Below the pieces are notes generated by a model that had not been told where the DNA came from, searched no databases, and saw nothing but the letters and a program-made list of their open reading frames with translations. A DNA stretch of 61,578 nt, counting the filler, from Sphacelaria rigidula (lineage: Eukaryota): assembly GCA_964200075.2 (NCBI GenBank). It is 4 parts of 4 records of this genome, joined end to end, with 100 filler letters (N's around TTAATTAATTAA, not from the genome) between each part and the next. Parts side by side here need not be neighbours in the genome. Positions count along the whole stretch, not along the records: positions 46,265 to 61,578 come from CAXNAA020001799.1; 3 more parts are not named here. The stretch is one strand, 5' to 3'. Positions 47,851 to 60,653 of the stretch are shown here, one piece after another; position 1 is the first letter of the stretch, and every line of letters starts with the position of its first letter. A program made the translations under genes and the position numbers.

Positions 47851-48060
47851 GATGTGTGTTCGTGCCCGAAGGGATGACTCGACGATGTACTGTTGTTCAG
47901 CAGCGCCGATTGAATGCCACCGTAAGTTTGCCATGTCCCACCTTGCGTTGTCGCCGTTGTGTTATTTTCCATGTAAATTTATATCTGGCCGGATAGCCCA
48001 AGGATAGCGGGAGATCGAGGTCGATCTATGTTGTTATTGTTCTACAACGATGATATACTA

Positions 48061-48110
48061 TAGTCTGCAGCTAGCTACCGTAGAGTAGTCTGCAGCTAGC
48101 TACCGTAGAG
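48061..48110. repeat. Perfect 25-bp tandem duplication between the divergent genes
   Basis: tagtctgcagctagctaccgtagag x2. Confidence 0.9.
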
Positions 48111-48272
48111 TATCCCTCACTAAGAGGGTATGTATATATTTATCTATATTTCTCTCATAAGAATGGTCGGGATACCACCGCGGGTCAGAATAGAGGAGAT
48201 CGTGTCAAAAAGGATCCAACCCGCAACATACCCCCTCCATCCATCCACGGCGATTGCACCGGAGTCTCGAAG

Positions 48273-51200
48273 ATGGCACAACTCGAGGCTAGTAGCTCTA
48301 CCCCTAATGGTATTAGTACGGGCACGCCGCATGTGATGGAGTTACTGAAACAATTCGATTTTTTGTCGATTGGCCTCAAGGGCAAAATCCACTGCTCCTT
48401 GACAAACAGAGATATTCCACTCAGAGTCGATGCCATACAACAGCATGTCAAGAGCAAGAAGCTGCAGAAGGAGAGGGAGTGGTGAGTAATGAGATGGAGG
48501 CTGCATAAGCCGGGGTATTGGTGTTTTTATCATGGACTATGGGCGATGTTTGGTGCTGGTTTCGGGTGGGGGTTTGCCATTTGTAGTCACTGTTTTCTGT
48601 GGCGCTGCACGGACAACGTGAGTGGGGTGTCGCGACCGTCAACTGGATTTACATGACGGGAAATAACACCCCTGTGTTGTGATTTCAACCTCGATGAGTA
48701 GCAAGGACCTTGGTTGTTGTCAGGCGGCTTCTCGCACAATGGGATTTCTTGACCATCTGACAGTTATCCATACCGGGTAGACCATGCACCATGTCATTTG
48801 TTCCACAAGCGAACACTTGTCCTTTGTTCGAAGGTCAACTGTCCGCTTTTCGAACAGGAATATTTTACGATTGAAGACAAGAAGGTGTCCGAGAAATCTG
48901 GTACGTTTCGTAGAAGATTTCGCTTGAAAACATTTCTGTGAAGTGGCCACGGTTCTCAGGCTGCGTCAAATTCGTTCGGATGAACTATCTGGCGAAGTAC
49001 GCCTTCCTGTGCATAAGCCACATCGTGGATATGGACCCCAGAGAGCTTGTGGAATGTGGATGTGACGACGACTCCATGCTAGAGCAAATTGTAGAGTCTA
49101 GTGTGCCAACTGATGGGTGGTGCATCGCAGAGTACAACTCCTGTACGATTGCTCGTGGCTGTGTGTATATAGCGTATACCTGACTGTCCCTGTGACTCGT
49201 CAATCGCTGCTTACTTACCCCCCTCGCCATAAGAACAAGACATGTAGCAGCAGTCAGAGGACATACATGCTCATGGCACACGGTGTGTCCACAGCTGCGG
49301 CTCTGACAACAAGGACAATCAGCGGCCCCAGGATCAATTTTACATGGAGAAAATCCTCAACTATTTTCCACGTCAACCGCAGTTTCTCCACAGCACATGA
49401 TCAGGCTTTTATCCTATTATTATTATGTATTTGGTGTTCAGTGGTAGGTCGGTCAACCTATGCTATCCAGCACCCGAGAGGTACACCAATAATCTTCCAT
49501 ATATATATGTATATATATGCGTCCAAAAGTGCTTGAAGCACTCCAGAGATAACACCAGCAGCTGGAGGACTGAACTAGCGCGCATGGATACCCGTTGGGC
49601 GACGTTATCTTTCCTTCCCCTTCATGGAGGGTGAGGTGGTCTCCACGCAGGCAAAAAGCTCAGCAGATCTCTCCTTTTTTGGACATCACACTGCTTTGGT
49701 TGCCCGACTCGCGGTCAACTCTTGTTAAATCTCGAAACGGTATCTGCCCGTTCTCCGCGTCTAGTGTTGTGTGCTCAAAACCTGGGTCAACTTCAGCACA
49801 GAGATCTAACTTCGCCCGGCAGCTGAAGTCATTGGGTCTAAAGTCATTCCTTCCCTCCCCATCCCTCCGCTTCTCCTCCCTCTCTTTCTGAGCTAGCATC
49901 AAAATAGGGGATGCTTGGCCATATTTGATATATCTACGACCCCGTGGCGGGGGACGTTATATGTGCTCCGTCGCCTATGACTTACGGACAGCCGAATGCG
50001 CCAGTAGTTGTATACCCAGAACAACAGCATCTACTGCAATGAAAGTTTGTTTGCATGTTGACTTGGTCACCTGCCGGCAGCACGTCTATGATGACTTTAG
50101 GTACTGAATTGCGGAAGGCCATGCTACGTCTCAAACGGACAGTTATGTCGGACCTCGCCAGTAGCCACAGCGCTGTCGACCAAACCATGACATATCTCCC
50201 CGCATTTCAATGCGCGCCAACCACAGGGAACTATTTCGAACTAGAACCATTGCAGGCTTCAGCCTCCACTTTGCTCACAAGCTGTCATTTTGCTGGACGC
50301 AGGTACAAAGCAGACTTCAGCCAGTACGAGCCGCTAATCGTGGCGCACAGGACCAATCCCAAGCTGCTGTACTGTACGCTGACGAGCATCGAGCTCAACC
50401 GCATCCCCAAGCAGGTGGAGGCCCACGTCAAGGGGAAGCGATTCTTGAACCGGAAAAAGGAGATGGAGGAGTTGGAACAAGCTCATAAGGCGGCGGTAAC
50501 GCCGGATCCTGATGAAGAGTTTTGGGTAAGGTTTGGTAACCTTGTACGCCGAAGCCATGTGGCAAAGACCGACCATTTTCTTTCTTTTCTTTCCTTTTCT
50601 GTCGTTTTTATTTCTTCTACTTTTTTCAACGTCTTAGTCTACTATGTTGTTCTGTTCCACTTTAGCTGTTTATTTTTTTTTCCTGTAGCGAGCGAATCAG
50701 TTTTGCTTTGTCTTGGGTATTGTGACCACGGCTGAAACCTGGGGGGTCAGTTAAGGCGCGACAATCAACCAATTAATCAACCAATCAATCAAAATTGGTG
50801 TTGAAGGCTGCCATAAATTCGTGTCGCCCGTCTCACGACGTGCGATAATGCCCGGTGTAGCGTCCTTGTTGAACATGTACAATGGCACAGTACACTGACC
50901 AAATGCGATAATCCTTGGTGTTTATTTGATTGGCGTGGGCTACGAGTAGTTTTACGTTTCCTACATTTGTACTTGGGCATTTCCTGTATGTCGTGACCCC
51001 CGAGCATGAAAATATGTCCGCTGCCGGCAGTAGCTAGGATTTCAAATTGACGATCTGCATTGCGCCAAGGGTACTCTCCCTATTCTACCGAGTAGTGGCC
51101 TCGCCGATGCTGCAACGCGGATGCCGTACGAGCTGGTCCAGCCAAGAGTTCATGTTGGCGACTGACCGGTTTTGCGTAGCTTAATTTTAGCAGTTAGGAG

Positions 51201-54200
51201 CTGAATTTTCGACACGAGATTTGTATCATAAATACGCGGAACATCTCCGAAGCAGCAAGTTGAGAAGAGAAAATAACAGAAAGTTAGAGCAATCTTAACG
51301 GTCAGCCGAAGAAGAATAACGCCATAACTCTGTAAAAGCCTTAAACTTGCGTGCAGAATATCCTTGCAAAAGCCCTAAACTTGGGCTGGATATGCAATTT
51401 TTGTATGACACCGCAATGGAGACTCACACTTATGGAGGCCACGAGTTGGAATCCGATAGATGCTTTTCCCCCCTCGCAGAATGTGGTTTCGTCCTTGACG
51501 TGATACAGTAGCAGTGCATTTTTATTTATTTTTAACGGCAGACTGTGCATCAGCAGGTTGGTCTGCAGCTCACGGCGTTATACTCATGTCGGGCTGGTTC
51601 GGGAAACTGGAAATGTTAATTTGTGCTCGGGGTATGCACGTTTTTAGGGTGGCCCACCTCGTACTGTATTTGGAGTGTTGCTCTAGCCTTGGTGAGTGAT
51701 TGCCCAAGGGAGCTTTTGTAACTCATACACTGTCTACGACAGGCCGTCCCGAAAAAAAACAAAAAAAGTGGCTGGTTCGGGGAGGCAAAATCTACACGTA
51801 AAACGAATTGAAAAAATCCGAGCACAACGAGCAGCTGGGAATTTCCACGCTTCGGTTTGTTTTCGCCCATGTCGCCCGTATGAGGCGCTTCATGCAGCCT
51901 GAAACCACACATCAGGCGCTGTATGATCATTATCTTCGTGAGAATTCTGGGCTGATTTTGGGGGGGTGGTATCCTAGAAAGACTCCTAAGCTCTCGGGGC
52001 AGATGGCGCAAAATTGGCGTATGATGTGCGTTGCGTGACCTGAGTCCGTATTCCAAAACATAGTCGAACTCGCAAAGGAGTCCTCGAGTGATCGAAACGT
52101 TTTTTTTGCTGCTACTTTTCAGGCACCAGACGGTGGCGAAAAGTCGGAGAAGCAAACCGAGGAAGGTAGTGACGACGATGATGGTGATGGTGACGATCCT
52201 ATGGGTGCCGCAGTAGATGCCGATAGTGGAGGAAACGCTGGGGCAGACGAAGCAGATATGGATGTGGACGAGGCAGCAGCGAGCGATGCCAAAGCGAAAC
52301 ACAAGGGGAAGAAGAATAGACAACGACAAAAGAACGGCGGAGCAAACCACGTCCGCGCGAAACAGAGCATTAATGGAGGGAAGAAGGGGGGAGGAAGTAG
52401 CGTTGAGGGCGGGAGTAGCGCGGAGCAGAGGTTGGCTTCGTCCCGGAATCAGGAGGAGGAAAAGCCGAACGCGAAGCCCGAAAAAGGTACCCCCGGCAAG
52501 AAAACGAAGAAGAAGGGTGGAAAAAAGGCGAAAAAGAGCTTGCATGAGCACACGCAGCTGGGCAATGCGACGCCCCTCGGAGATGCCATCAATGGTAGTA
52601 CTAACGGCGTGTCTGCCACGATATTGAATGGTAAATCTGCTGGAAAAAAGGCGAGGGTAAAGGGGAGATCAGCAGGAGGAGGGGAGAACACCCGGAGTGC
52701 CGATGGGAAAAATGAAGCGAGCGCGATGGAGGTGGTTGACTCGGCGGTAAAGCGGAAACCTACTGTGAGTCAACATGTCAACATGACCGCACGAGGGACA
52801 CGGACACTGCTGTCGTAGCGTCTAAGGATTTGTTTTTTTGCCGATGTCAATTTTACGGTTGCTGCACAATGTTTGACGTAGATGTGTCCAAGCACTCGCT
52901 CGCCCTGGTGTAGGCGGCCTCGGTACAGGGTGTCCACCAACACTGTTCCGTGGAACACTGAAAGCCGCGTGTCTTCTATTACAGTTGACATCAACGGCGA
53001 GCCTAAAGGCGATGCCGTTGTTCTTGGCTTAATTCATGTGTGTCAACGGTTGAGCAACATTGAAACTATGAGAGTGTGGCGCTATCACAGAAATGTTTCT
53101 GTCTCATAACGTCGTCACACGCATATGGTACGTAGGGAAAACCACTTCACTGAAAAAACGTGCGCGCCTGTAGCTTTCCGTTGTATGAGAGAAAAACAAA
53201 CCGAATGGCATATCCTTAGCTTTTGCACCGAAATTAGTTGACGCTGATCGTTTTCTCGGGGAAAAAAATTGTTTTTTTTTTTTTCTGCAGGCTTACCGCA
53301 CATCTGAAATTATTGACTCACGCGCGAAGAGTTGGAGGAAAACATAGACGCTGTAACGTTGAAAAATCACGCGCTTTTGGTGTAGTCGATGGCGATGTGG
53401 TGATCCGAGAATGTCGATAATATTTTTCTACAGCTCAAGGCCGATTGACGTATCAAGTCACACATTACTATTTTTGTCACTTCGAGACACGCTGCATACC
53501 GGCAGGGACATGGCCAAAGCTGGCATTTCGTCACAATTACAAGCAGTTGACGAAATCCACGCCGAAACGATACACTCGTTGAACCCATGGTGAATGGGCG
53601 GAAATATCTAAACGAGACAAATCGAGTTTGATGTAGTTGCTGAACAAGATCGCATGCACCGAACTTGAGTATACAGCCGCGCGCAGTACTTTTTAGGACC
53701 TAATATAGCGCTGTTCGCATTACAGCCGTCAAACGAGCTCAGCGCTAGCCAAGGAAGGGCCTGTTCACCTACTTGTCGCACTTGCTCTTCGAGCGCCAGC
53801 ATGGTCAACAGGATCATCAACAGCACCTGCATCTTGTGGTACGCAGAGCTGTGCTCACTGCCGTTGTACAGCTGTACGTATGTCCGTGCATGAACAGGCA
53901 ATGCAGTGTAGTGCTGTGCGGTGCGGCAAAGCCTAAATGGAGAATGAACAATGTTCGTGTTGTGGAAATTCTGGGGCAGTCCACTATTTTGGTTATGTAG
54001 ACCGTGTGGGGCAGCGACTCACAGCACGAGGCAGCTACTGATCGAAAGCTCTATTCATAGGTCTCTCGTCGATGCCCGCGCAACGCATCTATTCGTAGTT
54101 GGTGTTGAAAAAGCGCGACAAGCCTATTTTTTTCACGGTTTCGAGACAAGGTTTTCACGTGTCTTCAAGCCCTCTACTCACTCTCTGGACAGGTTGGACT

Positions 54201-54466
54201 ATATGCGTTGGAAAGTCCTTGGCGGGAGCTTTCATTCGATATACGTTTCGACCTGCGAGGCGGTGCCCCACCAAAGATGAAAACCAAACAGTACCCGGGC
54301 ATGGAGGTGATTAACGCTACTTTTTTAGTATTGATCATAAACTACCTTTTGGCTTTCATCCTTTTCTTTTGTGAAACACACTCGGGAACATCTATCGCAC
54401 GATATCGTCTGTCAGGTTGCCGGCGAGACCGGATCCAGTGGCAAAAAAAAGAAGCGAAAGTCATGA
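48273..54466 (+). CDS. SURF2: Surfeit locus protein 2 homolog. Exons 48273-48481, 50303-50525, 52123-52764 (or read-through to the stop at 52818), probable last exon 54416-54466
   Basis: KIHCSLTNRDIP...HVKSKK...W|YKADFSQYEPLIVAHRTNPKLLYCTLTSIELNRIPKQVEAHVKGKRF...EEFW matches SURF2 (KVRCxLTGHELP...DYxxFEPHIVPS...LFCKLT...HxxGRRY...FW). An acidic then Lys-rich tail follows. Splice phases are compatible. The last exon (VAGETGSSGKKKKRKS*) is less certain. Confidence 0.88.
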
Positions 54467-55703
54467 AGAAAGGAAGAGAGCAAGCGCGCAAGGACTGCGA
54501 ATGAGAGGTTGTCTGATCGGGGAATGCGCCGGCACACGGAGGTACTACGAGAATTTCCGAAATTGTTGATGTTTCAACACGGGGCGTGTAGCACGCTTCC
54601 GCTTCTTCGGCATGGCGTCGCTTTGGTGCACAGGCTTTGAGCAGTCTTGTTGACTAGCTCGGTCCCTTATCACCCCGGCTGAACCACCCGGGCACCCCGG
54701 TAGCTTTTCTTGTTAGAATATTGCTTGGGGTTACCTCGGGAGCCTTGGTAGCTCAGCCAGCGGGCACTACGTTTGTGTTTTCTAATGTTGTACCGCGCTG
54801 GCTGTTGCACTGCTTCACCACCTGCATCTGGCGAAGTCGCAGTGGTGCGGGGTGCAAGGTATGGCGACTGTTCGGGACCGACTGCACTGGAGTGGAACCT
54901 TTATGGTGATAGTTTTAAGCCGATTTCTGAGTCGATATGCTCGGAGATCCTTCGAGATTGGTGTGATGGCCTGCTGGTGCTTGCGTTTGGGTGCGTGTGT
55001 ATGATGGCGCCATTGTGCTGATGGTGAAAGTGTAGATACCTGTTTTTGTCCCCATAGGTGTTTTCTTATTGGTTCAGGTGTGTGATGATGTCGCGTTTCC
55101 GTGTGGCCTACTGTAGTAATCTTGTCTAAATGTAAGGTCTACTGGTTATGTTAAAAAAGACCACACCGGTCTGACGACCACCATGAAGATAAGTAAGGGC
55201 AACGTTGTAGGGTATCCTTCGCTCGATCACTCGGAAGTCTGATTTGTACAGGAAATCCGCGTCCGACTCGTGTTCCCTGTCTTGGTGGGCGACCGTGTTG
55301 TTCAATGTTACACGACATCTTCGTCTTCCGGTTCGAAGTGGCGAGGATGCCTTCGCGTACCGCATACGCTGTCATATTCAATTTAACCTGGTAGTTGCGT
55401 CATTGACTGATCGCGTGTTGTCACCCCAGAGACCAAATTAACGCGCTAGCGGTTTTTGGTGTGGGTAACATGGAGCTTTGATGTGCATGTCAGTATCGAG
55501 GGCACACGACTGAAGTACTGAACCAGCTTATTCTCGATACGAACCAGCTTGACCCGCCGTAGATATCAACTTCGCTTCCCTTCAGCGGGCCACACTCTCC
55601 TTCGCGGTTTTGCAGCCGACCCCAGACAGCTTGTTGCGGATGTTCTGTGGTGAATAAGTCGGGAGCTTCCCACGTCATTACACTCTGCACCCCCCCTCGT
55701 ATC

Positions 55704-58700
55704 TTAGACCCCATCATTAGTAGCATCTTGTTCCGGAGGTATCGTTTCAGAGGGTGCTCCTACGTTTGCTGCGACTGCCGGTGCTGTTTTTTCCTCCGAT
55801 GTGGCGATTGCTGCCGCGCTTTGGTTCATTTTTGTAGGATGTGGTTCCTGTGTGGCAACTGTTTTACCCTCAGGTGGTGAATGCTCTGTTCGTTGTCGCT
55901 CTGTGCTTCTCTGTGTTTTTGCTTCTGCTTGCTTGATACCACCGGCCCCGTCCACGCTAGTGTTCTCCCGGAGCGCTAATACTTCCGCAGCGTCGATTGT
56001 GGAGTTCATCGTATGCTCTCTAGCTCGTTTAGATTTCAACACTCTCCCATCATTCGTCGTCAGTTGTACCGCTTCCCCTGATGCGTTGTCTAGAGAACTT
56101 GTCTTCTCATCACTATTCCCCTTCTCATCACATAATGAGGAACCTATGCTTTTAGTACGGTTGGAAAAACTATCCCCACGCGACAGTCTTGCCAAATTCA
56201 AGCCGCTGTCATCACCGAAGAATGATCGGTATGCGAGCACCAATGCCCGGTTCTTTGTCCCAAGAGCAGCAGACACAGCGGTTAGCCCCTCCGAATTCTT
56301 TATGTCAACGGATGCTCCCCATTCTAAAAGCAGCGTCGCCAGTTCCGTCCCCCGCCCCCTGGCTGTCGGTGAAGCGAGCATGTGCAGTGGCGAGTTTGTA
56401 CCCTGATCGACGGCGTTGCAATCAGACCCGGCCTCAAGCAAGACTCGACATGCGTCCACATGCCCGCCAATCGCAGCGGCGTGAAGCGCGGTGCCCCCAG
56501 CGGAATCGCGTGCATGTACATCCGCACCGGCTTCCAGCAAAGCTTGAACGGTGTTTACTTCGCCCTTTCGGAGGTTTGATGCAGCAGTGGTCGTGAGGAC
56601 ATCGTTCGTCACTTGCGTATTGATGGGTATCTCGAGAACGTGAATGTTACTCTCGCGTCTTACCCTTTCAGTTTCGCAGCAGGTAAAAACGTTCTTCGTC
56701 GCAAGACTGGGTACGGGAGTGGGTGTTTCGGCGTTCGAAAGATCCTCCGATAGCGCGCGCGCGGGGGGTGTTCGATTCCACGAAATAAACGGCTCGTAGA
56801 TGTTGGGCGACCTAACAAACTGGCGGTGCGCTGGTAACGGTGTCTACCGGTATGAGGGTCATTTATCGATAACAAGTGCGTTCCAACAAGCGTTCCTACC
56901 TTACACGACGATGTGAAATGTAATTTCGTGGAAGGAATGGCCCAAAACGCCCCCTTCCCTGTCGCAGGATGACTCTTTCGGGTTGTCGTGTATGACATGC
57001 TCGATTAATCTTGTCTCGGCTTTCGGGTTGGCAATGGGGACGGGAGTGTTTGTACAAGCCTCTGGCCTCGGCACATGAACGGAATTCGCTGTCGTGCCCG
57101 CCACACCCATCACACTGTGTAAGCACAGGCCACCGGGATGTCTAGGTCCTACAGTACCCAACCTGACACCAATAGTGAATTATTCACACAGAATCCACTG
57201 TATGAGTCCAGGCTAAGGTGACACACCTAGCCAATTACTCGCACAGATTCCACCGCACGAGTCAAGGTCGAAGACACGTTCGCAGAACAGACTGCAACTT
57301 GCAGCAAAGCACCATATGTAGTTTTTTTAGGTATCATGAATTTCATGCACGTTATTCAAATAGGACTGTGGAATCAAACACCGGTACTATCGTGACGCAC
57401 GCATCACACTTTAGACTCGAGTACCTTGCACAACTGATGGGGGAGAGGCTGGAAACCCACCACAGATACATACGAATTTCTTCTGTGCAAGCACGTGCAC
57501 ATACTCCCAGAAAAATTACTCGATCTGGGACATCCCTACCGATTTGGGTATCTTGCATAAACTTTTTTGGCCTCGAGGGTAGGTCACTTGCTGAGTCGGC
57601 ATCAATTTTCATTTGAAAAAAGTATGCTTGATATAGATGGACTACCCGTACCGCGGTCCAAGGGTTAAACGGGGAGACCTGAAAATTAGATGAGTGTCTG
57701 TTCGTGCTCACATGTCATTTACCAAAAATGCATTTTGACAACTCATCGGCTCTTGCAAAGTCCAATAGTAGTAGGTAAACACTCTCGTATGATCTCTTGA
57801 CACTTGACATGTTGACGGCATCCAAAGACCATTTACCTTGCGAGCAGCGATAACAAGCCCCGTGATACTGCCGTCACCAGCCAATGCATCCCCGCCGACC
57901 TCCAAAAGTACTTTCACCAATTCCGCATTCGCCTGCCCGCATGCGTAGAGGAAGGCTGAGAGGCCGGTTTCGTCGGGCACGTTGACGGACAGTCCGTCAG
58001 CGGCTTCCAACAGCTTGACCGTTGTTGCTACATCTCCGGATCCTGCAGCGATCCTCAGATCAGAGTGCAGCTTTTCGATACCTTCAACTTGACACAATGC
58101 AGCGGATTGGCTCGCGTGCCTTAGCCTGAGCCGGCGCAGACGTTGATGCAAACGCTCCAGTTGTCGTCGACGGGCCGTGTTCACAGGCAAGTACAGCTCC
58201 GGATCAAGTTGGTGTGCCCGCAGCTCTCGCTCAGCATTATGGATACCTTCTTCGTTGCGAACGCAGGATGCCCGAAGGCCAGCAATTGTATCCCGCCGTT
58301 CAATCGACTCGAGCTTTTCCAACGCGCGGATAAGCCGCCGTTCGAACTCCGCGGCGCGGGCGCTCGCTTCCCGTTCTCGCTCGGTGGCGCGCGCGGCCAG
58401 GCTCTCGTGTGCTTCGTTGATGTACAGTGAATTTTGGACGCGTCGTTCCGCAACCTCCAGCTGCCGCTTGATTCGTGTGGTTCCGGCCTTCTCTTCTCGG
58501 GCATCTTGCCCGCCATAATCTATTGACGGCTTGGCATCGTTGCGCTTCTTGTCTCCGCTAGACTTGCCCATTGCGAAGTAATCCCCGCTCGGACCTACAC
58601 CTTCACGATGTTGTTCCTGTTCTGCTGGCGCTGAAGTTAGACTCTTCTCAAGTTCGAGCTGATCGCACCGAAGCTGCAGCATCTTGGCGTGCTTTTCTGC

Positions 58701-59234
58701 AGCATCGACTCGAGCTCTGAGCGCCGAATCATCCTCTCTTGCGCTGGGTTCCCGCTGTGGGCTGTTATTGTTAGTTCCCCCCTGCTGATTTCCTGGCCTG
58801 CCGCAGCGACAGCGCGGTGGACTGAGAAGCAGTGTGCATCTCTCCGTCCGGCGCTTTTCAACCTCTTTTTGCAGCTTTCGTACTTCGGGCTCTAGCTCCT
58901 GCACTCGTTTTCGCAGAGCATGTGCTTCTCTGTCCCTTGCTATGATCCGTCTTTGAGCCCTGGCGAACTCTCTTTCGAGCATAGCTTCCCTTGGTACTCG
59001 TTGGAGGGCAATGCCAGGGTCCTTGCTCGTTGATGTGCCAGCCGTGTCTGGTGCTGAGTCCACAGGACATTTGCCTTTGAAGATCTTGGTGGGCGAGGAA
59101 GATTTTTGCCTTTTGCTCCGGGATACAGCTCGGCTCAGGCGTGTTTGAGCGGGAGTTTTGATTGCAGATGCCTCGGGGGAAGGCTCATATTCAGTATCTT
59201 CTTTTGGTGTCACCACTTCCACTACATCCTGCAT
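55704..59234 (-). CDS. Coiled-coil plus ankyrin-repeat protein. Exons 59234-57837 (the ORF stays open further upstream, to 59483) and 56564-55704
   Basis: A long E/R/A-rich heptad region is followed by about 5-6 ANK repeats. The splice GLVIAARK|GEVNTVQALLEAGADVHARDSAGGTALHAAAIGGHVDACRVLLEAG restores the ankyrin consensus across a GT-AG phase-0 intron. The start codon is inferred. Confidence 0.85.
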
Positions 59235-59471
59235 GCTGTCTGTTATGTGCGATGTAATTATGTGGTACCGCAGGATGATGTATCGAGCCGTAGCTCGTAC
59301 GATAGTCATCCATGATCTGTCATTAGATAATGGGACCACTTCTGTTCTCTGTTCTTTTTTACCCGAAAAAAGATCGTGGAGCATGATTTTTCTCCAGACA
59401 TGACCGGAGCACTCTTTCCACCATACGCGAATACCTTTACCTAGGAGCTGTAAGTACTCAAGATCCTGCGT

Positions 59472-60653
59472 ATGTCGATGCATTCCAGACCGATGTATGG
59501 GGCATGTATACTTCTACTACTACTGTCGTCGCACGATCGAGGACAGACCGAAGCAGCTACCTGCGATTCTCGTGATGTCACAGACCCGACGTCGAGGCGG
59601 GATTCCGCAGGGTGGATCAGGGAAAATCTTGGCGCGAACGAGATGCGGCAAGGACATGTCAGCGCTGGAGTTGTAGCCTGGGATAAGGACATTCTCCTAG
59701 CGTACGGGGGTACCCATATACGAACTGACGATGTGACCGATGTGCTCGGGAGAACGAGTAACGTATCTGTACTAATGGACGACGGTGGGACTGACAGCTG
59801 GACAGAACTGGAAATGATAGGTCTGTCAGTTCGACAGCCTGAGGTCGGGCAGATGGTCGTGATATTTGCGGCGCGTCTACTATCGTGACTATTATAGCTT
59901 ATTCCAAATGCTATGCTTTGTGGGGTTCCTAGCCGCTGTCGCGTGGATGTATGTGTGTTTTTGGTTACTGTTCTCAAACCGTCAGAAGGCAGCTGAGGGG
60001 AAACAGTAGACAGAACGCAGAAAAAGTGCCTGCTGTAGTCTTGTTTATCGAGGTGCGCGTGTACAACTACAGACGACTGATGATAGTCGATCATTAACAT
60101 TATTAGGTGATGCGCCACGAATTCAGCCGCTGTCTCGAGGTAGACGTACCCAGGGTAAACAAACAGAAAACGTTCGCCACACAAAATCGAGAAAGACATA
60201 CTGACGTGATATCGTAGTAGACGCCTTCTGGCCTTGAGTCAGCTGAGCTGGTTTCAATGTCGGTACGCCTCATGTGGGCACAGACGCTTGCAGTATTGCG
60301 GCATGGTACATGCTCTTTACTTTTTTTTGTGTTACTCAAAACATCTGGCCACCATGCTCGCGGTTCACGCCGGTCTCGCAGCTTACGGTGGGTCTCCGCC
60401 AGCGCTCTTCCGACCGGGATCGTTCGCTTGGAGGAACTCTCTATTCGTTGTCTGCGGTCACACGTCCACGCCCTTCGCGGTGACGTCCAGAGTTTGGCGA
60501 GCCGATATCCAGGCATTTGAAGAAGCCCCGGAAGGCTTGTGGCGCCCAGTCAACTGGACAGTTCCTGATGACAGTGTGGTCAATGCCGCGCCCACAGGGA
60601 TGTACGGGCATACCGCGACAATGTTCGCCACTGACGACGATGATCCTGACGAG
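59472..60653 (+). CDS. Secreted or membrane Kelch-like beta-propeller protein, 5' part. Exons 59472 (or 59493)-59820 and 60382-60653
   Basis: Signal peptide MYGACILLLLLSS... followed by Kelch-like blades (RQGHVSA...ILLAYGG...W; PPALFRPGSFAWRNSLFVVCG...W; PTGMYGHTATM). The intron is GT-AG, phase 1. Confidence 0.72.

Noticed and set aside
48720..49900. Possible decayed transposase in SURF2 intron 1 (minus strand)
   Set aside because: Only vague motif resemblance across stops and frameshifts. BLASTX or an HMM search would be needed.
51616..52551. 311-aa minus-strand ORF (likewise 55801..56406 on +)
   Set aside because: These are antisense shadows of real exons (SURF2 exon 3; ankyrin exon 2).
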